A stretch of DNA of 30,000 nucleotides, from NCBI RefSeq assembly GCF_012910955.1, contig NZ_WTVQ01000010.1, positions 24,349 to 54,348 of the forward strand, given 5' to 3'. The position numbers and the translations under genes were made by a program. Origin of the DNA: Aromatoleum diolicum (GTDB lineage Bacteria > Pseudomonadota > Gammaproteobacteria > Burkholderiales > Rhodocyclaceae). Under the pieces are notes generated by a model that was given only the letters and a program-made list of their open reading frames with translations, was not told the origin of the DNA and searched no databases. Shown here in pieces: positions 17,422 through 24,318 of this stretch; positions within the stretch are counted from its first letter, which is position 1, and every line of letters starts with the position of its first letter.

Positions 17422-18171
17422 TCACGCGAACGCATCCCACAGCAGCTTCACGCCCGACAGCCCCAGCATCGCGGTGGCGAACACGTAAAACACCCGCTCG
17501 GGAATCCGTTTCAGCGCCTTCAGACCGATCCACACCCCGACCGGTGCGATCGGCGCGAGCATCAGCGACACCTTGAAGCTCTCCCACGAGAACAGGCCGA
17601 GCGCGACATAGGGCACGATCTTCACCGCGTTCACCACGGTGAAGAAGATCACCGTCGTCGCGACGAAGGTCTCCTTCGCCAGGCCACGGTTCAGCAGATA
17701 CACCAGCAGCGGCGGCGAACCGGCATGCGCGATGGTGCTGGTGAAACCGGACACCGCCCCCCAGAACAGGCCCGCCAGCTTGCCCGGCGGTCCCGACAGT
17801 TTCAGACGGGCACGCAGGCCGAAGATCCGGTCGAGCGAGAACAGTACCGCGATCGCGCCGACGCAGCCCTTGACGGCCCTTTCCGGCATCCACCCGAAGA
17901 CCACCGCCCCGACCAGCATGCCCAGGCCCGCCGCCGGCAGCAGAATGCGGATCTCCGCGACCGACCACTTGCGCCAGTATGCGCGGATGCCGATCCAGTC
18001 GATGAACACCAGCAGCGGCAGCATCACCGCCGCCGCCTGGCCCGGCGTGATCCACATCGCCATGAAGGGCACGGCGAGCCCGCCGAAGGCGCCGCCGAGG
18101 CCGGATTTGGAGATGCCGGTCAGCAGCACGGCAATGCCGGCGACGATCCAGCCGGCGGTGTCGAATGTCAT
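17422..18171 (-). CDS. TauE/SafE (DUF81) family anion permease
   Basis: 249 aa. LTGISKSGLGGAFGGLAVPFM and GFTSTIAHAGSPPLLVYLL form the duplicated family motif. Confidence 0.9.
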   Translation of the reverse strand: MTFDTAGWIVAGIAVLLTGISKSGLGGAFGGLAVPFMAMWITPGQAAAVMLPLLVFIDWIGIRAYWRKWSVAEIRILLPAAGLGMLVGAVVFGWMPERAVKGCVGAIAVLFSLDRIFGLRARLKLSGPPGKLAGLFWGAVSGFTSTIAHAGSPPLLVYLLNRGLAKETFVATTVIFFTVVNAVKIVPYVALGLFSWESFKVSLMLAPIAPVGVWIGLKALKRIPERVFYVFATAMLGLSGVKLLWDAFA

Positions 18172-18183
18172 GGGGAATTCCGG

Positions 18184-18232
18184 AAATCAAAACGCCGCAT
18201 CGGGCCGGCAAGCATGCAGGCCCGATGCGGCG
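18184..18232 (-). terminator. strong rho-independent terminator downstream of aroD
   Basis: 14-bp perfect stem CGCCGCATCGGGCC (18193-18206) / GGCCCGATGCGGCG (18219-18232) with a 12-nt loop. On the minus strand it is followed by TTTTGATTT. Confidence 0.75.
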
Positions 18233-18283
18233 GAGTCGTAAGCAGGGGCGGGATTCCAGAGCGGACGTGCCGCCTCGCGGGGC

Positions 18284-19066
18284 TTACCCGCCCTTCAACG
18301 AACGCTGCAGCACCTCGAGCACCTTCTTCATGTCCTCGATCGGCACCTGGCCCGGCGCGGAGGCCTTCTGGCCGACCGCGAAGCTCACCGACGAGCCGAA
18401 CACCCAGCCGAACAGGCGGGAGAGCGAGCCGTAGGCGCCCATCGACATGCTGATGATCGGCAGCGAAATCTTCTTCTGCCCTTCGAGCGTCGCCTGCAGC
18501 ACCGTCAGCACATCCTCGAGGCCCTGCGGCATCACCGCGACCTTGGCGATGTCGGCGCCGGCCTTTTCCATCGCGACGAACTTCGCGACGATCTCGTCGG
18601 CCGGCGGCGTCTTCTGGAAGTTGTGGAAGGACGCGATCAGCTTGGTGCCGGTCTCGCGCGCCAGTTCCACGGCCTGCTGGAAATGCTTCGGCTCGCTGCT
18701 CAGCTCGTAGTCGATGAAGTCGACCGCACCGGATCGCGCGACCGCCAGGTACAGCGCCAGCACCTGCTCTTCGGAGATGCCGATGGTCTCGCCGCCTTCA
18801 CGGATCGAACGACGCGTGAAGATGATCGGGATGCCGGCCGCGCTCTTGCGGATCTCCTGCGCCATGTCGACCACGCGGCCGGTCTCCGGGATGCCGGCGA
18901 AGAAGTCGACGCGCCATTCGAGCAGATCCGGCTGCTTGGCGACGATCGCGTCCAGTTCGCCCACGACTGCCGCTTCGTCACGGCCGACGAGCGGTGCGCA
19001 GATCAGCGGCTCCTTGCCGCCACCTACCGGCTTGCCTTTCACTTCCAGGGAACGGGTCATTGCCAT
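18284..19066 (-). CDS. aroD: type I 3-dehydroquinate dehydratase
   Basis: 260 aa. LLEWRVDFF. The His of SFHNFQKTP and the Schiff-base Lys of ADIAKVAVMP are conserved, as is the SR of GSLSRLFG. GGAG lies 8 nt upstream. Confidence 0.9.
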   Translation of the reverse strand: MAMTRSLEVKGKPVGGGKEPLICAPLVGRDEAAVVGELDAIVAKQPDLLEWRVDFFAGIPETGRVVDMAQEIRKSAAGIPIIFTRRSIREGGETIGISEEQVLALYLAVARSGAVDFIDYELSSEPKHFQQAVELARETGTKLIASFHNFQKTPPADEIVAKFVAMEKAGADIAKVAVMPQGLEDVLTVLQATLEGQKKISLPIISMSMGAYGSLSRLFGWVFGSSVSFAVGQKASAPGQVPIEDMKKVLEVLQRSLKGG

Positions 19067-19160
19067 GAGTTGACTCCTCGAATTCTCAAACTGATTCAGA
19101 TACCGCCGTGCGGCGGGGAGCCCGCAGGCTCCGCTCGGCCGACAGCATAACGTCGCCGGC

Positions 19161-20021
19161 CTAATCCTTGTAGCCGATCAGCTTGCGGATGCCTTCGGAC
19201 GTATAACCGTCGTAGCCGAACAGGCTCAGATACAAGGGCGCCATCTCGATGAACATCTCGCGGCCCATGTGGATCGTGCAGCCGCGCGCCTGTGCAGCGC
19301 GCAGCAGCGGGGTGAAGTCGGTCTTCATCACGACATCCGCGACCACCGTCGCCGACGCCAGACGTTCCACCGGCACCGGCAGCGGGTCGGTTTCATTCAG
19401 CCCGAGTGGCGTCGCGTTGACGACGAGATCGAAGCCCTGCGGGTCGTTGGTCGCCACGAAAGCCTCGCGGCATGCGGTATACGCGGGCAAACGTTCGGCG
19501 AGGCGTGCCGCGCTCACCGAATTCACATCATTGATACCGAGCGCCGCTGCCGATGCGTCGGCCAGCGCCACCGCAATCGCCGCGCCGACGCCACCGGAGC
19601 CGACAACCAGACAGCGCATACCCGCCGGATCGATGCCGGCGCGCTTGAGGCCGCGCACGAAGCCGACGCCGTCGAACAACTCGCCGAACAAGCTGCCGTC
19701 GGCGCGCTTGACGATCGCATTGCAGGCGCCGGCCGCGCGCACCGCCGGACTCGCCTCGTCGAGGAAGTCGACGCAGGTCGGCTTGTGCGGAATCGTCACC
19801 ATCGCGCCGCGCACATTGCGCACCGCGAACAGCGCCGGGCCGACCCTCGTGAGGTCGACCGGGGCAATTTCCATCGGCACGCAGGCCGCGTCGATGCCGC
19901 TTGCCGCGAACACCTTGTTGAACAGCATCGGCGCCTTCACCTGGCCGACCGGATAACCGATGACCGGGTAAAGGAGCGTCGAACCGGTGATCGACAGCGG
20001 GTCCATTTCTGTAATAGTCAT
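19161..20021 (-). CDS. shikimate/quinate dehydrogenase family (AroE/YdiB-like) oxidoreductase, divergent substrate pocket
   Basis: 286 aa. The catalytic Lys (VTIPHK) and Asp (LFDGVGF) and the Rossmann motif VVGSGGVGAAIA are present. The canonical SxS and NTD substrate-binding residues are replaced. An alternative start exists at M6 (20006). Confidence 0.85.
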   Translation of the reverse strand: MTITEMDPLSITGSTLLYPVIGYPVGQVKAPMLFNKVFAASGIDAACVPMEIAPVDLTRVGPALFAVRNVRGAMVTIPHKPTCVDFLDEASPAVRAAGACNAIVKRADGSLFGELFDGVGFVRGLKRAGIDPAGMRCLVVGSGGVGAAIAVALADASAAALGINDVNSVSAARLAERLPAYTACREAFVATNDPQGFDLVVNATPLGLNETDPLPVPVERLASATVVADVVMKTDFTPLLRAAQARGCTIHMGREMFIEMAPLYLSLFGYDGYTSEGIRKLIGYKD

Positions 20022-20106
20022 CCGAACGTTCCTTCTCGCGACGCCTTGATGTCTGAAAACGCTGTCTGTTGGGGTTGGGGGCCGGTTCGTCCGCGACTGC
20101 TTCGCG

Positions 20107-21867
20107 TCAGTCGGTGCTGACGTGCGACACGCTCGCGTTCGGCGAGTAGATGTCGAGGATGTTCCAGTGGCCGGTCGTCGGCACCGGGTTGTTCTTCATC
20201 GCCACGTCGATCACGAAGGGCTTCTTCGAGGCCACCGCGCGTTCCAGCACCTCCTTGAACTCCTCGGCCGACTCGATCTTCACGCCTTCCGCCCCGTAGG
20301 CGCGCGCCACCGCGGCGAAGTCCGCCTGGTACGGCTCGCCGTCCTTGCGGAACAGCGTGCCGGTGGTGGTGCCGTAGTGCGCCTTCTGCAGGCCGGCGAT
20401 GGTGCCGAACGCGAAGTTGTTCATGATCACCCATACCACCGGGATGTTCTCTTCCACCGCCGTCGCCAGCACCGCCGGGTTCTGGCCGAAGCCGCCGTCA
20501 CCGACCAGCGACACCACCACGCGCTCGGGGAAGGCCAGCTTGGCGCCGAGCGCAGCCGGCGCGCCGAAGCCCATCGTGCAGTAGCCGCCCGGGGTCAGGA
20601 TGCTGCCCGGGGTGTAGATCGGGAACTGCTGGCCGACGCCGTTCTTGTTCCAGCCCACGTCGGTGGTGATGAACGCGTCGCGCGGCAGCACCTCGCGGAC
20701 CACCGACAGGATGCGCTCGGGCATCATCGGGAAGCAGTCGTCCTGGACGAACTTCTGGTTGCCGGCGACGAACTGCTCACGGAACGCGGCGATCTCGGCG
20801 CGCAGCGCGTCGTTCTTGCGGCCTTTCGGCAGCATCTCGCGGGCGACGCGGTTCAGCACCACGAGCGCCTGCTTGAGGTCGGTGACGACGCCGATTTCCG
20901 CCGGGTAGTTGCGGCCGATTTCCGCCGGATCGATATCGATGTGGATCAGCTTGGTCGGCGGGAAGCTGAACGTGAATTCGTTTTCCCACGAACTGCAGTC
21001 GGCTTCGGCGAAGCGCGTACCGAGGCCGATGATCCAGTCCGCGTTGCGGCACTTGTCATTGACCAGCTGGGTGCCCCAGAAGCCGGTCATGCCGAGTACC
21101 AGCTCATGGTCGTCCGGCAGCACGCCCTTGCCCATCAGCGAATGCGCGACCGGCAGGGACAGATGATCGGCGAAGGCCTTCAGTTCTTCGGCCGCGTCGG
21201 CGAGGATCACGCCGCCGCCGGCATAGATCACCGGATTCTTGGCGTCGACCAGGGCCTGCACGATCTTCTTCGCGGTCACGTCGTCGATCGAGGGCTTCTG
21301 CAGCGCCTTGGTGTGATGGCGCAGGCGGGTGAACAGCGAGACATCGATCTCTTTCGAGAACATGTCCATCGGCACGTTCACCAGCACCGGCCCGGGACGG
21401 CCGCTTTCGGCAAGCTGGAAAGCCTTCTCAATGATTTCCGGGAACAGTTCCGGCGTATCCACGCGCCACGCGCGCTTGACAAAGGGACGGTAGATTTCCC
21501 ACTGCGACGCGTCCGCATGCAGGTTGATTTCCTGGTGCGGGTGCTTGCCGTAGTAGTAGCTCGGGATGTCGCCGGCGATGACGACCATCGGGATCGAATC
21601 CAGGGCGGCATTGGCGACGCCGGTCGACGCATTGGTCAGGCCCGGTCCGAGGTGGGAGAGCACCACTGCGGTCTTCTTCGTCGCGCGCGCATAGCCGTCG
21701 GCGGCGTGGGCGGCGATCTGCTCGTGACGGGTATTCACGAAGCGGATCTTGCTGTTTTCCAGCGCCGTCAGCACCGCGATGTTGGTGTGGCCGCACAGGC
21801 CGAAAATGTGCTCGACACCGCGATCTTCGAGGTAGCGCACGAGCTGGTGGGAAATCAGTTGCTTCAT
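20107..21867 (-). CDS. thiamine-diphosphate-dependent enzyme of the acetolactate-synthase/IlvB superfamily, specificity unknown
   Basis: 586 aa. PYR-domain catalytic Glu (TRHEQIAAHAADGYAR). ThDP/Mg motif LVGDGGFGQNPAVLATAVEENIPVVWVIMNN. GGAGG lies 9 nt upstream. Confidence 0.9.
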   Translation of the reverse strand: MKQLISHQLVRYLEDRGVEHIFGLCGHTNIAVLTALENSKIRFVNTRHEQIAAHAADGYARATKKTAVVLSHLGPGLTNASTGVANAALDSIPMVVIAGDIPSYYYGKHPHQEINLHADASQWEIYRPFVKRAWRVDTPELFPEIIEKAFQLAESGRPGPVLVNVPMDMFSKEIDVSLFTRLRHHTKALQKPSIDDVTAKKIVQALVDAKNPVIYAGGGVILADAAEELKAFADHLSLPVAHSLMGKGVLPDDHELVLGMTGFWGTQLVNDKCRNADWIIGLGTRFAEADCSSWENEFTFSFPPTKLIHIDIDPAEIGRNYPAEIGVVTDLKQALVVLNRVAREMLPKGRKNDALRAEIAAFREQFVAGNQKFVQDDCFPMMPERILSVVREVLPRDAFITTDVGWNKNGVGQQFPIYTPGSILTPGGYCTMGFGAPAALGAKLAFPERVVVSLVGDGGFGQNPAVLATAVEENIPVVWVIMNNFAFGTIAGLQKAHYGTTTGTLFRKDGEPYQADFAAVARAYGAEGVKIESAEEFKEVLERAVASKKPFVIDVAMKNNPVPTTGHWNILDIYSPNASVSHVSTD

Positions 21868-21954
21868 TTGTTGTCGCCTCCAAATTTGACTATCGCTGCC
21901 GTGTCGCGGTCAGCATGAAAAAGCCTGTCCTGCCGGATGCCGTGAGTCGTGCGC

Positions 21955-22803
21955 CTATTTCACTTCGGGAACAGCCCGGCGTGCCGGTCCCGCATAGGTG
22001 TAAGGAATGCTCTTGGGCATCGGTCCCTTGATGCGCCCGCCCTGCTGCGATTGCTCCCACGCATGCGCGAGGATGCCGACCGAGCGCGACAGGATGAACA
22101 GGCCGCGCCCGAGTTCGGGCGCGAAGCCCAGTTCGGCGTAGATCACCGCGGTCGCACCGTCGATGTTCATCGGGATGCGCTTGCCCTTGCGCCGCTCGAG
22201 GATCGCCTCGACCTGCTGGCCGATGCGCGAATACAGCCCGCCGACGACACCCTTGGCACGCGCCGCCTCGACCAGTTCGAGCAGCTTGCCCGAACGCGGA
22301 TCGATCGGATGGAAGCGGTGGCCGAAACCCGGAATCACCTTGCCGTTCTCAGCAATATAGGCGTCGAGGGCAGCTTCCACCGCGTCTTCGAGCGTGGCGC
22401 CCTGCTCCATGCGGCGCGCCGCATCCGCATACAGTTCCATGCACTGCTGGCCCGCGCCGCCGTGGATGCCGGCCAGCACGTTGATCGCCGAGGCCATCGC
22501 GTTGTTCAGTTCGACGCCGCAGGTCACCGCCATGCGCGAGATCGCGATTGACGGCGCCTGCGGACCGTGGTCCACCGCCGCGACCAGCGCCGCTTCCAGC
22601 AGGCTCGACTGTTCGGCCGTCGGCAGGTCGCCGCGCACCATCAGCCAGATCATCTGCGGAAAGCTGATCGCGCCGATCAGCTCCTCGATCGGGTAACCGC
22701 GCATCGCGATCTTGCCCGGGTGGATGTCGATGATCTCGGTCTTCCACCACGCTTCGGCTTCGCGGACGATTTCGTCTGACGTCTTTGCGTCTGAATTCTT
22801 CAT
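21955..22803 (-). CDS. citrate-synthase-fold short protein (citryl-CoA lyase-like)
   Basis: About 282 aa from ATG 22803. The track start at 22809 is a GTG overlapping the upstream stop. The citrate-synthase catalytic triad context is kept: LAGIHGGAG, PGFGHRFHP, PMNIDGAT. Confidence 0.85.
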   Translation of the reverse strand: MKNSDAKTSDEIVREAEAWWKTEIIDIHPGKIAMRGYPIEELIGAISFPQMIWLMVRGDLPTAEQSSLLEAALVAAVDHGPQAPSIAISRMAVTCGVELNNAMASAINVLAGIHGGAGQQCMELYADAARRMEQGATLEDAVEAALDAYIAENGKVIPGFGHRFHPIDPRSGKLLELVEAARAKGVVGGLYSRIGQQVEAILERRKGKRIPMNIDGATAVIYAELGFAPELGRGLFILSRSVGILAHAWEQSQQGGRIKGPMPKSIPYTYAGPARRAVPEVK

Positions 22804-22805
22804 GC

Positions 22806-24008
22806 TCACACCACCTTCTGTTCGTGAAGTTCGGCCACTTGCGCCGCGTCGTAGCCGAGTTCGGCGAGCAGCGCGTCGGTATGTTCGCCGAGTACCGGCG
22901 GCGGCGTCGCGATGTCGGGATTGCCACCTGCCATCTTGAAGCCGGCGCGCACCAGACTGAGGTCACGCCCCACGCCCGGCACATCCTCGAACTTCGCCAG
23001 CAGGTCGCGTTCGAGGATCTGCGGATGCTGCAGCACCTGCGGCACGGTCAGCACGCGGCCGGCCGGCACGCCGAGCTTCGCGAGGATCGTTTCCCATTCC
23101 TCCGCCGACTTCGTCGCCAGCCCCGCGTCGACTTCGACCTTCAGCGCCTTGCGGTTGCGCTTGCGCGCTTCGCGCTCGGCGAAACGCTCATCGGTCGCCA
23201 GCTCCGGCCGGCCGATCGCGGCCACCAGTGCCTCGAACTGCTCCTGCTTGTTCGCGGCGATGTTCAGCAGCCCGTTGCCGGTGCGGAAAGTGCCGGACGG
23301 CGCCGCGGTGAAGTTCTCGTTACCCATCGGCACCGGTTCCTTGCCGGCGATCAGGTAGTTCGACACCACCCAGCCCATCGTCACGATCGTCGAATCGAGC
23401 ATCGACACGTCGATGAACTCGCCTTCGCCGGTCTTCGCCTGACGCACCAGCGCGCTCGCCACCGCGAACGCCGCGGTGATGCCGCCGATCGTGTCAGCGA
23501 CCGGGTAGCCCACGCGCAGCGGCGCCGACTCGTTGTCACCGGTGATGCTCATCACGCCGGACATGCCCTGCACGATCTGGTCATAGGCCGGTGCGTGGCG
23601 CATCGGGCCCTGCTGACCGAAACCCGAGATCGCGCAATACACCAGCTGCGGATTGATCTCCTTCAACACCTCGTAACCCAGGCCGAGCCGGTCCATCACG
23701 CCCGGGCGGAAGTTCTCCACCAGCACGTCGGCGCTCTTCACGAGGCGGAACAGCACTTCCTTGCCGGCAGCGGACTTGAGGTTGAGCGTCAGCGACTTCT
23801 TGCCGCCGTTCTGCGCGAGGAAGGACGCCCCCATCTTCCTCTTGTTCAGCTCGGGATCCGCGCCAAGCTGGCGCGCCAGATCGCCCGATTCCGGGACTTC
23901 GACCTTGATCACCTCAGCCCCCAGCAGCGCCAGCTGATAAGCGCAAAATGGGCCGGCGAGCACGTTGGTCAGGTCCAGGACGCGGATTCCGGAAAGCGCT
24001 GCGGTCAT
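22806..24008 (-). CDS. family III (CaiB/BaiF/Frc-type) CoA-transferase
   Basis: 400 aa. LSGIRVLDLTNVLAGPFCAYQLALLGAEVIKVEVPESGD and the catalytic-Asp region GYPVADTIGG. GGGG lies upstream of the ATG. Confidence 0.9.
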   Translation of the reverse strand: MTAALSGIRVLDLTNVLAGPFCAYQLALLGAEVIKVEVPESGDLARQLGADPELNKRKMGASFLAQNGGKKSLTLNLKSAAGKEVLFRLVKSADVLVENFRPGVMDRLGLGYEVLKEINPQLVYCAISGFGQQGPMRHAPAYDQIVQGMSGVMSITGDNESAPLRVGYPVADTIGGITAAFAVASALVRQAKTGEGEFIDVSMLDSTIVTMGWVVSNYLIAGKEPVPMGNENFTAAPSGTFRTGNGLLNIAANKQEQFEALVAAIGRPELATDERFAEREARKRNRKALKVEVDAGLATKSAEEWETILAKLGVPAGRVLTVPQVLQHPQILERDLLAKFEDVPGVGRDLSLVRAGFKMAGGNPDIATPPPVLGEHTDALLAELGYDAAQVAELHEQKVV

Positions 24009-24061
24009 GTGCTACCCCTTACGTGACAGTGGATCGACATCGATCTCGTCTAGTTGGGTAA

Positions 24062-24090
24062 ATAATAGAACGCAATTCTTTCTAGCGCAA
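24062..24090 (-). promoter_or_regulatory. predicted sigma70-type promoter P2 with embedded operator (drives the caiB-like to aroD operon)
   Basis: Minus strand reads TTGCGC (24090-85), then a 17-nt spacer tagaaAGAATTGCGTTC, then TATTAT (24067-62). The operator AGAAC-GCA-ATTCT occupies 24067-24079. Predicted 5' UTR is about 47 nt. Confidence 0.5.
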
Positions 24091-24274
24091 CTGTTTTTAA
24101 AACTGCGTTTTATTTTTAGACGACGCGGTGGATCCGAAGCTCACCAAGGAATGTTGACCATCGGCGCCGTAGGAGCGGCTTCAGCCGCGAACACGCCCGG
24201 CACGAGAGCTTCCCAGCGAAAGCCGCGCCCACGGGCGATTCGCCCATCGGCGAGGTATCGCGTCAGGCTCTCGG

Positions 24275-24314
24275 AAAAAAGGGGAAAGACGGGGAGCGGG
24301 GCACCTGCGCCCCG
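24275..24314 (-). terminator. terminator-like element after the TIM-barrel-2 gene
   Basis: Minus strand reads CGGGGC-gcaggt-GCCCCG, then CTCCCCGTCTTTCCCC, then TTTTTT. The T6 run is 16 nt from the first stem, and alternative GGGG/CCCC pairings are possible. It starts 5 nt after the stop codon. Confidence 0.35.
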
Positions 24315-24318
24315 GTGC

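Noticed and set aside
19103-19132. Two small tandem GC hairpins (CCGCC-gtgc-GGCGG and GGAGCC-cgca-GGCTCC) between the SDH-like gene and aroD, considered as a terminator
   Set aside because: No U-tract follows on the minus strand and aroD has a good SD immediately after. They are probably intra-operon structure at most.
20024-20031. GAACGTTC palindrome just upstream of the SDH-like start codon, considered as a further operator
   Set aside because: It has the same half-sites but zero spacer instead of N3, and it overlaps the RBS inside an operon. It is more likely coincidental.
17422-21867. ThDP enzyme plus a TauE/SafE permease, read as a sulfoacetaldehyde acetyltransferase (Xsc) desulfonation module
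   Set aside because: No pta, tauR, tpa or other sulfonate genes are present. A strong terminator separates tauE from the operon. By eye the ThDP enzyme does not resemble the Xsc sequences I recall. This is not formally excluded and is listed as a refutation test for the main hypothesis.
20122-21918. 598-aa plus-strand ORF
   Set aside because: It is a shadow ORF antisense to the ThDP enzyme gene, with no motifs.
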